From: an uncultured Planctomycetales bacterium
Lineage (GTDB): Bacteria; Planctomycetota; Phycisphaerae; UBA1845; Fen-1342
Assembly: GCA_964631045.1 (NCBI GenBank)
Contig: CAZVWB010000021.1
Coordinates: 1-64,000, forward strand
Direction of reading: 5' to 3'
Length of the DNA stretch: 64,000 bases
This document shows, one piece after another, positions 1 through 10,464 of this stretch. Within the stretch, counting starts at the first letter, position 1. Each line of letters begins with the position of its first letter. The notes beneath the pieces are model-generated. The model was not told the origin of the DNA. It was given only the letters and a program-made list of their open reading frames with translations, and searched no databases. Made by a program: the position numbers and the translations under genes.

Positions 1-318
1 CCAGGTCCTGGCTGACGCGATAGAGCATCTGCCCGTGGCCGACCTCGTCCTGCACCTTGGCGATCAGGGCCAGCTTGCGCTTCAGCGAAGGGGCCCGCGT
101 GATCCACTCGCCCTCGGGCAGGGCGCCGACGATCTCGCTGTTGGCGTGGTGCTCGGCCATCTTCAGCATGCCGACGCGGTAGTTGTGCGGCATCCAGTCG
201 TCCGGCTCGATCAGTCCGCCGGCGTCGATATGGGCCTGAAACGCGGCCTGCTTCTCGCTGCACTCCTGGATGGACCAGTCGATCTTCAGTTCTTCGGTGG
301 CGGCGCTGACGCTCATGA
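1..318 (-). CDS. PaaA-like diiron oxygenase subunit (1,2-phenylacetyl-CoA epoxidase subunit A family); only the N-terminal ~106 aa lie in the window and the gene continues past the window start
   Basis: Minus-strand translation from the ATG at 318 reads [99 protein letters not shown]. This matches the PaaA N-terminus motifs DWMP...HAHSEIVG.LPEGNWITRAP...AKVQDEAGHG. It is not in the ORF track because it runs off the window edge. Confidence 0.55.
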
Positions 319-374
319 TGATGCTCCGTTCGGCTGACGGGGATGATCGCTGCCCGAAAGACGCCTGGGCGGTC

Positions 375-965
375 TCAGGTCGATCGCGCTCCGGAGGCGG
401 AAGATTGGCCCTGGAACTGGCTGTCGTTTCGCAACGGGAGTCCCTTCACTTCCTCGACGATGAGTTGGCAGATCGGCGCGCCGGGATACAGCAGGATCGG
501 AATGGGTCCGAGGTTGATCAATTCCAGCGTGATACTGCCCGCAAACCCGGCATGAATCGTGGGCGCCGTGAAGTGAACCAGCAGCCCGCAGCGCGCATAC
601 GAACTGCGACCCTCGATGCGAGCCGCCAGCCACGGACCGCCCGGCACGATGGGAAGCTCAATCACCTCAAGGGTTCGCGCCAGTACCAGCTTGTGCGGAT
701 TCAGGGCGTATGGCTGGTCCTCCGCAAGCGCGCGGTGCTCGGAATTCGGTCCGAACAGCGTGGCGAAGCTGCCGCGACGCAGGTCGAGATTCACAGCCAG
801 CCCTTCGCGAAAGTAAGAGATCTCCGAGCCGAGGCGCAAATCGACGGCGGTCGTCTGGTACGGACACTTTCCACCGGTGGTGACCGTACGCGGCTGAGGC
901 TCCGGCGTGATCTTCAACCACCCGCGATCCAGCGCTTCGTGCAAGGATGTATTCGAAAGGATCAT
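375..965 (-). CDS. dcd: dCTP deaminase
   Basis: 196-aa ORF starting [21 protein letters not shown] with end-to-end similarity to Dcd. It overlaps the downstream small ORF by 4 nt. Confidence 0.88.
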   Translation of the reverse strand: MILSNTSLHEALDRGWLKITPEPQPRTVTTGGKCPYQTTAVDLRLGSEISYFREGLAVNLDLRRGSFATLFGPNSEHRALAEDQPYALNPHKLVLARTLEVIELPIVPGGPWLAARIEGRSSYARCGLLVHFTAPTIHAGFAGSITLELINLGPIPILLYPGAPICQLIVEEVKGLPLRNDSQFQGQSSASGARST

Positions 966-1210
966 GTCGTCAGGTCGTCGGGATTGACCGGAATGACGGT
1001 ACGAACGTCGTCGGGCAGAACAACGTACGTGTGACCGTTGTCGCGGATGATGTTCACGCTCACCGCGGTAGGCTCCTGCTCACGGACCAGGGTGGCGGGA
1101 ACGAAGACCGAGTACTCGTAGGGCTGGCTCGCGTAGCGGCTATAAGCGATCGCACGTTCGTCGCTGAACATCCCCTGCGTGACGGTGCATTTCAACCAGC
1201 CGCGGCTCAT
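962..1210 (-). CDS. hypothetical small protein (82 aa)
   Basis: ORF 962..1279. An internal ATG at 1210 is preceded by AAGGAGG 7 nt upstream. There is a 4-nt overlap with dcd. No recognisable family. Confidence 0.5.
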   Translation of the reverse strand: MSRGWLKCTVTQGMFSDERAIAYSRYASQPYEYSVFVPATLVREQEPTAVSVNIIRDNGHTYVVLPDDVRTVIPVNPDDLTT

Positions 1211-1349
1211 CGCGCCTCCTTCTTTCGGACATCCTAGCCGCGGCAGCCCGGCTGGCCAACCGCGGCAGCACTCCTGCAATGATACGCCCCAGCCGCTCTC
1301 CGGAACCCAAGCGCCGATGCCAGAGGCCGCGAATGTGCCCAGGGCCCCG

Positions 1350-2185
<836 letters not shown>

Positions 2186-2192
<7 letters not shown>

Positions 2193-3133
2193 ATCCGATG
2201 TTTCTGCTGCCACGCGCGAATCCCGATGGCCACGGCGTTGATCGAAAGCAGGATGCCCAGCAAAACGATGATACCCGCCGCCGCGAGGTCGTGAAACGCG
2301 GGCTGCGAGTGGGAGCTCCACAGATACACCTGGATCGGCATGGCGGAGAAGCGGCTGTCGAGCGCGCTGCCGACGTACTCGAAGACGCGCCACGGCCCCG
2401 GCGCGTATTCGCTGATCGATCCGCCCGGCGCGGTGCGCAGATACGCCGCCGAACCGACCACGATCAGCGGCGCCGCTTCGCCGATGGCTCGCGACAGGGC
2501 GAGAATCAGCCCGGTCATGATGCCCGGCACGGCGGCGGGCAGGACGTGGTGCCGCACGGTCTGCCAGCGCGTCGCCCCCAGCGCGAACGCCGCCTGGCGG
2601 ATCGAATCGGGCACCGCGGCCAGCGCCTCGCGGCTGACGATGATGATCGCCGGCAGCACCAGCAGCGAGAGCGTCAGCGCCCCGGAGAGAACGCTCCGAT
2701 CCAGCAGCAGAAACCGCACGAAGATCGCCAGCCCCAGCATGCCATAGACCACCGACGGCACGCCGGCCAGATTCGAGATGTTCAGGTGGATGAATCGCGT
2801 CAGCCGCGTGTCGCGCGCGTATTCGTTCAGGTAGATGGCCGCGGAGACGCCGATCGGCACTGAAACGAGCGTGGTCAGCACCAGCAGCCAGATCGTGCCC
2901 CACAGCGCGGAGTGAATGCCGGCCAGCTCCGGAAACGTATTCGACGGCGGCCGCGACAGGAACGCGGCCGATACGTGCGGCCACCCGACGGCGAAGACCT
3001 GTCCCAACAGGACAAACAGCGTCGCCAGCGCCGCGAGGCACAGAAGCAGGCAGACCCCGGCGAACAGCCGCCCCAGGGCGCGGCGCAGCCCGACGCGCGG
3101 GTGGAACATCGCAGCCGGGGCCAGCTCGCTCAC
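2186..3133 (-). CDS. pstA: phosphate ABC transporter permease PstA
   Basis: 315-aa polytopic membrane protein with the PstA-type EAA region ([16 protein letters not shown]). Sits in pstSCAB order. Confidence 0.9.
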
Positions 3134-4023
3134 TCGTAGACCTCGCGGAACTTCCGCAGCACGCGGGCGGCCACCAGGTTCACCACCAGCGTCATCAGAA
3201 AGAGCACCAGCCCCACCGCGAAAATCGAGTAGTACGCGATGGAGCCGGCCGGAACGTCGCCTTTCGTGACGTTGACGATGTAGGCCGTCATCGTCTGAGC
3301 GCCCTCGAACGGGTTGAGCGTCAGCCGCGGTTGCAGGCCGGCGGCCAGGGTCACCGCCATCGTCTCGCCGATCGCCCGCCCCAGCGCCAGCAGCACCGCG
3401 GCGAAAACCCCTGACAGCGCCGCCGGCACGACCACCCGCGTCGAGACCTCAAGCTTGGTGGCCGCCAGCGCGTAAGCCCCCTCGCGCAGCGCGCGCGGCA
3501 CCGACCGAAACGCATCGTCGCAGAGCGAGCAGATCGTCGGCAGAATCATGATTCCCACGACGATCGCGCCGGCGGCCAGATTAAACGTCTCGGTCTGCGG
3601 CGCCAGCCGCTGCAACACGCTGGGGGTCACAAAGGTGAGGGCGAAATACCCATAAACGACAGTCGGGATGCCCGCCAGCAGCTCGAGCAGCGGTTTGGCC
3701 GCTTCGCGGAACCAGCGCGGGGCGTACTCGCTCAGATAGATCGCCGCCGCCACGCCGACCGGGACGGCGAACAGCAACGCGCCGGCCGAGATCATCAGCG
3801 TGCCCCACACCAGCGGCAGCACGCCATACTTCGCCGGGGCAAAGAGCGGCGCCCAGTCCACCCCGAACAGAAAATCCAGCAGCGGAACGTGGCGGAAGAA
3901 GTGCGCCGCTTCGCTGGCCAGCACCCAGATGATGGCCGCGCTGACGGCGATCGACAGCAGCGCGCACAAACCCAACCACCCGAAAATCGCTCCCTCTGAG
4001 AAGCGACGCCGGGAGCGGGTCAT
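3130..4023 (-). CDS. pstC: phosphate ABC transporter permease PstC
   Basis: Membrane protein with PstC-like motifs ([27 protein letters not shown]). Internal ATG at 4023 chosen because the track start at 4095 overlaps the pstS 3' end. There is a 4-nt overlap with pstA. Confidence 0.85.
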   Translation of the reverse strand: MTRSRRRFSEGAIFGWLGLCALLSIAVSAAIIWVLASEAAHFFRHVPLLDFLFGVDWAPLFAPAKYGVLPLVWGTLMISAGALLFAVPVGVAAAIYLSEYAPRWFREAAKPLLELLAGIPTVVYGYFALTFVTPSVLQRLAPQTETFNLAAGAIVVGIMILPTICSLCDDAFRSVPRALREGAYALAATKLEVSTRVVVPAALSGVFAAVLLALGRAIGETMAVTLAAGLQPRLTLNPFEGAQTMTAYIVNVTKGDVPAGSIAYYSIFAVGLVLFLMTLVVNLVAARVLRKFREVYE

Positions 4024-4045
4024 GCGGCGGCTCCGGGAGCGAGGA

Positions 4046-5143
4046 TCATTCGACGGGGACTCCGAGCAACTCGTAGAGACTCTTGCGGCTCGCATCGGGT
4101 GCGGTGAACAGCGTCCCGATCGTCTCCGAAGCCAGCCGCCGCCGGACGGCTGCGTATAGCGGATCGCTCAGCGCGACATAGTTCACGCTGGGATGTTCGA
4201 CGATGCGCTCGCCATTTTCCAGCAGATAGTTCAGGAACACGCGCACTTCGTCGCGCTGCGCCGCCGCCCGGTTGACATAGATCATCAGCGGGCGCGACAG
4301 CGGGGTGTAAATCCTCCGACGGATGTGGTCGACGCTGGGCAGTTGCGGCGGTTTGTCGCCGTGGGCGATGGCCAGGAGCTTCAGCCGCGCCTGGTTCGAC
4401 TCGTAATACGCGAACCCGAAGTAGCCCAGCGCGCCGCGATCTCCGGCGATGCCGGTGACCAGCACGTTGTCGTCCTCGCTGGGGGTGAAGTCCGGGCGGC
4501 AACGATCCTCCTTGCCGCACACTACTTCGGTGAAATAGTCGAAAGTTCCGCTGTCCGCTCCGGGGCCGAACAGCCGCAGCGGAAGGTCGGGAAAGCCGGG
4601 CCGCACGTCTTTCCAGTTGTTGATCGTGCTGCCCACATCCCAGATGCGCTTGAGTTCGTCGACCGTCAGGTGCTCGCAGAAGTTGTTGGCCGGGTTGACG
4701 CAGACGGCGATGCCGTCGTAGGCCACCGGAAGCTCGATGAACTCGACGCCCAGTTCCCCGGCCCGCGCCAGTTCTTCCTTCTTAACCGGGCGCGATGCGT
4801 TGCAGATGTCGATCCGCAGCGTGGGCTGCGCTTCGAGAAACTTCTTGAAGCCTCCGCCCGTGCCCGACTCGCCCACCGAAACGTCGACCTCCGGACGTTC
4901 GTAAACGAACAGCTCCGCCGCGGTGACCACGATCGGGAACACGGTGCTCGACCCATCCACGCGCACCAGCGCGCTGCGACGCGGCGTACCGGGAATCGCG
5001 AAGCTGACGTAGGCCCACAGCGCGGCGGCGCCGCCGATCGCGAGTAAGAAACCACCTTTGCGCCAGACCGCGGACACGTGCGTCTCCCGGTGCTGCTCCG
5101 CCGCGAATCGACCCGGCCACCCTGCGGCTCGGGCTACGGCCAA
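4046..5143 (-). CDS. pstS: phosphate-binding protein PstS family
   Basis: 365 aa with an N-terminal hydrophobic segment, consistent with the PstS periplasmic binding fold. It is the first gene of the pst operon. Start uncertain. Confidence 0.82.
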   Translation of the reverse strand: MAVARAAGWPGRFAAEQHRETHVSAVWRKGGFLLAIGGAAALWAYVSFAIPGTPRRSALVRVDGSSTVFPIVVTAAELFVYERPEVDVSVGESGTGGGFKKFLEAQPTLRIDICNASRPVKKEELARAGELGVEFIELPVAYDGIAVCVNPANNFCEHLTVDELKRIWDVGSTINNWKDVRPGFPDLPLRLFGPGADSGTFDYFTEVVCGKEDRCRPDFTPSEDDNVLVTGIAGDRGALGYFGFAYYESNQARLKLLAIAHGDKPPQLPSVDHIRRRIYTPLSRPLMIYVNRAAAQRDEVRVFLNYLLENGERIVEHPSVNYVALSDPLYAAVRRRLASETIGTLFTAPDASRKSLYELLGVPVE

Positions 5144-5238
5144 TCGCCGCCGGACGGGTATAGCTGGCTCACGTTAGCGTCGTGTTAACACACTGCCCGG
5201 CAGTGTACGCTGCGAGCACAGACGCATCGAACGCGCAG

Positions 5239-5309
5239 CGGGTGGAGTGGGCATTCTGCCCGCTCCGGTCAGGCAACCCCGTTCGGCGGGCAGGATGCCC
5301 GCCCCACCC
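5239..5309. repeat. REP-like GC-rich palindromic element (two inverted half-units)
   Basis: GGGTGGAGTGGGCATTCTGCCCGC ... GCGGGCAGGATGCCCGCCCCACCC, matching the family seen at 7111, 12675, 33775 and 50309. Lies in the divergent pstS/nuoG intergenic region. Confidence 0.7.
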
Positions 5310-5485
5310 TGCGAAATGCAACCGCTGGCGAGATGCACCCCTCTGGCGCGACCGACGGGCTCGACCGCTGGAATGCCGCGGCGGCTTGCACTACACTCCC
5401 CGGCTCGCTGCGGTCAGCCCGCAGGTTCTGCGGCGGCCGCGCGCCGCCTGCGATCCGTTTGCCCGCGACCCCGGTAAGGACGTGT

Positions 5486-7087
5486 ATGCCTCGGATCATC
5501 GTCGACGGACGGCCCATCGAGTGCCGCGACCGCATTCCGGTCCTGCAGGCCGTGATCGAGGCCGGCGTCGAAGTGCCGCACTACTGCTATCACCCCGGTC
5601 TGACCATCGTGGCCAGTTGTCGCCTGTGCCTGATGGAAATGAAGATGGCGCACCCCAAGACCGGCGAGCTGTCGTGGGCGCCCAAGCTGTTTCCGTCCTG
5701 CCAGACGCCCGTGAAGGACGGCATGGAGGTGCGGTTCAACTCCGATTTCGTGCAGCAGAATCAGAAGCACGTGATGGAGTATTACCTGCTCAACCACCCG
5801 CTCGACTGCCCGGTGTGCGACAAGGCCGGCGAGTGCTACTTGCAGGATTACAGCGAGCGCTTCGGCAACGCGTCGAGCCGCATGATCGAAGAGAAGCACA
5901 AGAACCCGAAGAAAGACATCGGCTCGCACACGCTGCTCTATCAGGACCGTTGCGTGCTCTGCACGCGCTGCGTGCGCTTCTGCGACGAGGTGGCGGGTGC
6001 GGGCGAGCTGACGGTCGTGGATCGCGGCAACCGGGCCGAGATCGACGTGTTTCCCGGCGTGCCGCTGGAGAACAAGCTGCAGGGCAACGTCGTGGACCTG
6101 TGCCCGGTGGGGGCGCTGCTCGATAAGGACTTCCGGTTCAAGCAGCGCGTCTGGGAGCTGAAGACGACCGACAGCGTCTGCGCCGGCTGCAGCCGCGGCT
6201 GCACGATCCAGATCGATCAGACCAAAGACGCGATCAAGCGCATCCGTCCGCGGTTCAACGAAAAAGTCAACGAGTGGTGGATCTGCGATGAGGGGCGGTT
6301 CGGCTGGCAGTACGTGCACCGCACCGATCGGCTGACCCAGCCGCGCGTGCGGCGCGGCAGCCAGTGGGAGCCGCTGCGCTGGGAGGACCTGACGGCGGTG
6401 CTGAAGTTCCGCTTCGGCGAAGCGGCCAGGGCCGATGGCGGCGCGGGCGTCGCCGCCGTGCTCAGCCCGATGATGAGCTGCGAAGAGGCCTGGCTGCTGT
6501 CGAAGTTCATTCGGGGCGTCGCGCCGCAGGCCGCGCTGGTCTGCGGGCACGTACCGCGGGTCGGTCAGGATCAGCAATTCCGCAAGGGATTCGTCATCAA
6601 GGCCGAGAAAGCGCCGAACGAGGCCGGCATCAAGCGGATCCTCGCGGCGGCGGGCGGTGCGAGCCTGGCCTTCGACGACTTCGTGAAGGCCGCGGGCGAT
6701 GGAAAGTTCAAGGCGGCGTTCATCAGCGGCGGCTACAGCGGGGAATGGGTAAGCGACGCCGCCGGCAAGGCGCTGGCGCGGATCGAGCTGCTGGCCGTGC
6801 ATGACCTGTTTGCGTCGCGGCTGCAAACGACGGCGACCGTCGAGATACCGGCGTGCACCTGGGCCGAGCGCGAGGGCAGTTTCATGAACTGCGACGGGTT
6901 GGTGCAGGCCTTCGAGCGGGCGCTGACGCCGCGCTCCGGGCTAAAGGCCGACGGGCAGTTCTACCACGAGCTGGCGGAGCAGCCCGGGCTGTATCGTGCG
7001 CGCAAGACGCGCGAGGCATTGGCGGCGGAGATGCCCGAGTTCAAGGATACGTTTACCCCGCGACCGGAACCGGAGTACGCACACTGA
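5486..7087 (+). CDS. nuoG: NADH-quinone oxidoreductase subunit G
   Basis: ATG at 5486 inside ORF 5333..7087. Has the 2Fe-2S and 4Fe-4S motifs CRLC, CPVCDKAGECYLQD, CVLCTRCVRFC and CAGCSRGC. Followed directly by nuoH-N. Confidence 0.9.
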   Translation: MPRIIVDGRPIECRDRIPVLQAVIEAGVEVPHYCYHPGLTIVASCRLCLMEMKMAHPKTGELSWAPKLFPSCQTPVKDGMEVRFNSDFVQQNQKHVMEYYLLNHPLDCPVCDKAGECYLQDYSERFGNASSRMIEEKHKNPKKDIGSHTLLYQDRCVLCTRCVRFCDEVAGAGELTVVDRGNRAEIDVFPGVPLENKLQGNVVDLCPVGALLDKDFRFKQRVWELKTTDSVCAGCSRGCTIQIDQTKDAIKRIRPRFNEKVNEWWICDEGRFGWQYVHRTDRLTQPRVRRGSQWEPLRWEDLTAVLKFRFGEAARADGGAGVAAVLSPMMSCEEAWLLSKFIRGVAPQAALVCGHVPRVGQDQQFRKGFVIKAEKAPNEAGIKRILAAAGGASLAFDDFVKAAGDGKFKAAFISGGYSGEWVSDAAGKALARIELLAVHDLFASRLQTTATVEIPACTWAEREGSFMNCDGLVQAFERALTPRSGLKADGQFYHELAEQPGLYRARKTREALAAEMPEFKDTFTPRPEPEYAH

Positions 7088-7110
7088 TGGCCCGCCAACC
7101 TGTGGTGGCC

Positions 7111-7184
7111 GGGTGAGGCGGGCATTCTGCCCGCGGGTGGGGCGGGCGTTCTGCCCGCCGGCGGGCAGAATGCCCGCCCCACCC
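7111..7184. repeat. REP-like palindromic cluster (three units)
   Basis: gggtgaggcgggcattctgcccgc / gggtggggcgggcgttctgcccgcc / ggcgggcagaatgcccgccccaccc, immediately 3' of the nuoG stop. Each unit is a self-complementary hairpin. Confidence 0.75.
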
Positions 7185-7301
7185 AACCGGCCGTCTGCAG
7201 TTGGCGGCCCCCGGGGCCGGCCCGCCCGCGGCGGGCGGCGGCGGTGCTCGGGCGGTAACAGGCCATCGGTGGGCGTGGCCCGCCCGGCGGATTGAGGACA
7301 T

Positions 7302-8558
7302 GTGGTGACGCTGGCGTTCATCCAGGACATCCTGGGCAATCAGTTCTGGTTCTCGCTGATCATGATGCTGGTCGCGCTGGGCGCGATCGTCGGCGCGGCT
7401 GCGCCGCTGTGCATCCTGGCTGAGCGCAAGCTCTCGGCGTACATCCAGGACCGCGTCGGCCCCAACCGCGTCGGGCCTTTCGGCCTGCTGCAGCCGCTGG
7501 CGGACGGGCTGAAGTTCATCCTCAAAGAAGACATCATCCCGGCCAACGTCGACAAGCCGATCTACGTGCTGGCCCCGGCGCTGGCGATGTTCATCGCTCT
7601 GCTGGGTTTCGCGGTCATCCCCTGGGCCGATCAGATCGAGTGGCCCTGGACGGGGCCGGACGGACAACCGGTCGTCGTACACACGCAGGTCGCCAGCCTC
7701 GACATCGGGTTCTTGTACATGCTCGCCGTCGGCTCGCTCAGCGTGTACGGCGTGGTGCTGGCCGGGTGGGCCAGCAACAACAAGTACGCCTTTTACGGCG
7801 GCATGCGGGCGACGGCGCAGATGCTCAGCTACGAGGTGCCGCTCGGGCTGGGGCTGATGTGCACGCTGCTGATCGCGGGGAATCTGCGGCTGGAGTCGAT
7901 CGTCGACCAGCAGGCGGCCACGGGAATCTGGAACCTGTTCATTCACCCCGTGCCGTTCCTGCTGGTGCTGATCAGCGCGTTCGCAGAGACCAACCGCACG
8001 CCGTTCGATCTGTCGGAGGCGGAGCAGGAGCTGGTCGGCGGCTATCACACCGAATATAGCGCGATGAAGTTCGCGATGTTCTTCCTGGCCGAATACTCGC
8101 ACATGCTGATCAACAGCGCCCTGATGGTGGCGATGTTCTGCGGCGGCTGGGCGATCCTGCCGTTCGTGCCCGGTCTGCTGGCCGACACGCACACCTGGTG
8201 GGCGGCGCTGATCAAATTCGGCGTGTATTGGGCGAAGATCTCGCTGTTCATCGGGTTCTACATGCTGATCCGCTGGACCGTGCCGCGCTTCCGCTTCGAC
8301 CAGCTCATGCGGCTGGCGTGGAAGGGGCTGGTGCCGATGGGCATCGCCACGCTGATCGGCACGGCCGTGCTGGTGGCCTGCGGCTGGCGGATCGACGCCC
8401 GGGCCGGGCTGCTGGGCAACATCGCGCCGGCGGCGATCGCCCTGGCGCTGAACGTCGGCATCTTCGCCGGATCGATCTGGTTCGCCCGCGCGTCGCGGGC
8501 CCCGGTCACCGGGCGACAGGAGAACTTGCCCGAGGTGCAGGTGCGCCCGGCGCGGTAA
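7302..8558 (+). CDS. nuoH: NADH-quinone oxidoreductase subunit H
   Basis: 418-aa membrane protein with NuoH/ND1 signatures (EYSAMKFAMFFLAEY, RWTVPRFRFDQLM). GTG start. Confidence 0.9.
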   Translation: MVTLAFIQDILGNQFWFSLIMMLVALGAIVGAAAPLCILAERKLSAYIQDRVGPNRVGPFGLLQPLADGLKFILKEDIIPANVDKPIYVLAPALAMFIALLGFAVIPWADQIEWPWTGPDGQPVVVHTQVASLDIGFLYMLAVGSLSVYGVVLAGWASNNKYAFYGGMRATAQMLSYEVPLGLGLMCTLLIAGNLRLESIVDQQAATGIWNLFIHPVPFLLVLISAFAETNRTPFDLSEAEQELVGGYHTEYSAMKFAMFFLAEYSHMLINSALMVAMFCGGWAILPFVPGLLADTHTWWAALIKFGVYWAKISLFIGFYMLIRWTVPRFRFDQLMRLAWKGLVPMGIATLIGTAVLVACGWRIDARAGLLGNIAPAAIALALNVGIFAGSIWFARASRAPVTGRQENLPEVQVRPAR

Positions 8559-8603
8559 GCGGGGCGGGTGCTTGGGTTTCGCGGCTTTTACGCGAGGTTG
8601 GCG

Positions 8604-9194
8604 ATGCGCGACGAAGACGTACTCATCCTGGAGGAGCCGCAGCTCACGGCGGCCGAGCGGCTCTATCTCCCCCAGATCATCGCCGGCATGCGCACGACGC
8701 TGAAACACATGTTCAGCAAGAAGCGCCGCAACGACACGGTGGTGCAGTACCCCGAGCAGAAGCGCAAGCTGCGGATCGAGAACTATCGGGGCGTGCACCG
8801 GCTCAACAAGGACCCGGACGGGCGCGTGGCGTGCGTGGCGTGCTTCATGTGCAGCACGGCGTGCCCGGCGCACTGCATCCACATCGAGGCGGGCGAGTCG
8901 CCCTGGCCCGACCGCGAGAAATACCCGGTCAAGTTCGACATCGACGAGCTGCGCTGCATCTACTGCGGCATGTGCGAAGAAGCCTGTCCGTGCGACGCGA
9001 TCGAGCTCACGCCGCAATACGACCTGGTCGGCCGTTCGCGAGCCGAAATGATCTTCGACAAAGAAAAGCTGCTGCACGTGTTCGACGAGACGAAAGACAT
9101 CAAACCGCGAAAGAACCCGGCGGTCACCGACTACGGCCTGACGGGCGGACAGGAAAAAACGGTGGCCGCGCCCAACGCGCACGGCAAGATCTAG
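8604..9194 (+). CDS. nuoI: NADH-quinone oxidoreductase subunit I (2x[4Fe-4S])
   Basis: Two CxxCxxCxxxCP motifs (CVACFMCSTACPAHC, CIYCGMCEEACPCDA). ATG at 8604 preceded by GAGG. Confidence 0.9.
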   Translation: MRDEDVLILEEPQLTAAERLYLPQIIAGMRTTLKHMFSKKRRNDTVVQYPEQKRKLRIENYRGVHRLNKDPDGRVACVACFMCSTACPAHCIHIEAGESPWPDREKYPVKFDIDELRCIYCGMCEEACPCDAIELTPQYDLVGRSRAEMIFDKEKLLHVFDETKDIKPRKNPAVTDYGLTGGQEKTVAAPNAHGKI

Positions 9195-9200
9195 CGTGGC

Positions 9201-9254
9201 GCCGGTTTCCAACCGGTGAACGTGTGGCACCGGTTGAAAAACCGGGGCCACCGG
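9201..9254. repeat. inverted-repeat hairpin built from the CCGGTT-N3-AACCGG motif
   Basis: gccggtttccaaccggtg aacgtgtgg caccggttgaaaaaccggggccaccgg. The arms are reverse complements. The 24-nt motif caccggttgRaaaaccggggccac recurs at 45310..45332. Confidence 0.6.
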
Positions 9255-9452
9255 CGTGCATCGGTCGAAGGAACGTCGTCCGAGCGTCGTTAGCGTAAGC
9301 CGGGCGGCGGTCGCCTTGCGGTCGCCCGCCGGCGGCCGGTATAGTTCGCGACCCCCGCGGCGCGGTCGCTTCAATAGTCGGAGTCTCGCGGGCCGGCGGC
9401 GAGACAGGTTCGGGTGTGAGCCGCGTAAGCCCGCGGTCGAGCAGAAAGTCCG

Positions 9453-10145
9453 ATGGATATCCCTGCCTTCCTCCTGACCCTGCTGGTCGCGCTCGGCGGC
9501 GCGGGCCTCTACCTCGCGCTGCCCGGCGGGCGGCTGCAGGTGGGGCGGGCGGCGCTGGTGCTGCTGATCGGGGCGGGCGCGGCGCTGCTGGCGCTTCTGT
9601 TTCCGATGACCTCCGGCGGCGCGCAACTGGGCTGGTTCGCCGTCCTGGCCCTGATCGGGCTGATCGGCGCGCTGCGCATGGTCACGCATAAACGTCCGGT
9701 CTACTCCGCGCTCTACTTCGTCCTGGTGGTCTCATCGGTCACCGGGCTGCTCGTGCTCTCCGGGGCCGAGTTCCTGGCCGCGGCCCTGCTCATCATCTAC
9801 GCCGGCGCGATCCTGGTGACTTACGTCTTCGTCATCATGCTCGCGCAGCAGAGCGAGGGCGCGGCCCGCTACGACCGCGAGTCGCGCCAGCCGCTGCTCG
9901 GCGTCCTCGCCGGGTTCGTGCTGCTGGCCGTGGTCGGCGCAAAACTACTCGGAACGCCCAGCGCCGGTGCGGGCGACGGCTCGGTCGCCCTGGCCGGCAA
10001 GGTGGCGGAAGTCGGCCAGACGCTGCTGACGCAGTACGTCATCGGCGTGCAGGTCGCCGGCGTCCTGCTGCTGGCGGCCATGGTCGGCGCGATCGCCATC
10101 GCCCGGCGCAAGGCGGACGAGTTGCCCGAGCGGGGGGGCGACTAA
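9453..10145 (+). CDS. nuoJ: NADH-quinone oxidoreductase subunit J
   Basis: 230-aa hydrophobic protein with NuoJ-like TM pattern, in the expected position. Confidence 0.85.
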   Translation: MDIPAFLLTLLVALGGAGLYLALPGGRLQVGRAALVLLIGAGAALLALLFPMTSGGAQLGWFAVLALIGLIGALRMVTHKRPVYSALYFVLVVSSVTGLLVLSGAEFLAAALLIIYAGAILVTYVFVIMLAQQSEGAARYDRESRQPLLGVLAGFVLLAVVGAKLLGTPSAGAGDGSVALAGKVAEVGQTLLTQYVIGVQVAGVLLLAAMVGAIAIARRKADELPERGGD

Positions 10146-10462
10146 TGCTGATTCCTTACCTGCTCGTGGGCGCGGCGCTGTTCACGCTCGGCCTGATCGG
10201 CTTCGTCACGCGCCGCAATCTGATCATCATCTTTCTGTGCACGGAGCTGATGTTTCAGGGGGTGGTCGTCAACCTGGTCGCGTTCGGCCGCTACCCGCTG
10301 CACGCGGGCCTGTCGCCGACCGTCGACGGGCAGATTTTCGGCCTGTTCCTGCTGGTCGTGGCCGCGTCCGAGGCCGCGGTCGCCCTGGCGCTGGTCGTGT
10401 TGCTTTATCGCTGCCGCGGTTCGCTCGATGCGGACACGTGGAAGCTCTTGAAGGAAGAGTAG
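10145..10462 (+). CDS. nuoK: NADH-quinone oxidoreductase subunit K
   Basis: 105 aa, 3 TM segments, NuoK-like (CTELMFQG). Its ATG overlaps the nuoJ TAA. Confidence 0.9.
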   Translation: MLIPYLLVGAALFTLGLIGFVTRRNLIIIFLCTELMFQGVVVNLVAFGRYPLHAGLSPTVDGQIFGLFLLVVAASEAAVALALVVLLYRCRGSLDADTWKLLKEE

Positions 10463-10464
10463 GC

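Noticed and set aside
7053-9689. 878-aa minus-strand ORF, and similar giant ORFs at 10846..14451 (1201 aa), 5414..6826, 14613..15863 and 62008..63990
   Set aside because: They run antisense through well-supported conserved genes (nuoH-I, nuoL-M, nuoG, nuoN, the histidine kinase). Their translations are Arg/Ala/Gly/Pro-rich low-complexity, typical of stop-codon-poor frames in a ~70% GC genome. They are not genes.
10237-10464. Upstream extension of the nuoL ORF overlapping nuoK
   Set aside because: The extension is in the wrong frame relative to NuoK and is Arg-rich. A GTG at 10465, immediately after the nuoK stop, gives a conventional NuoL start.
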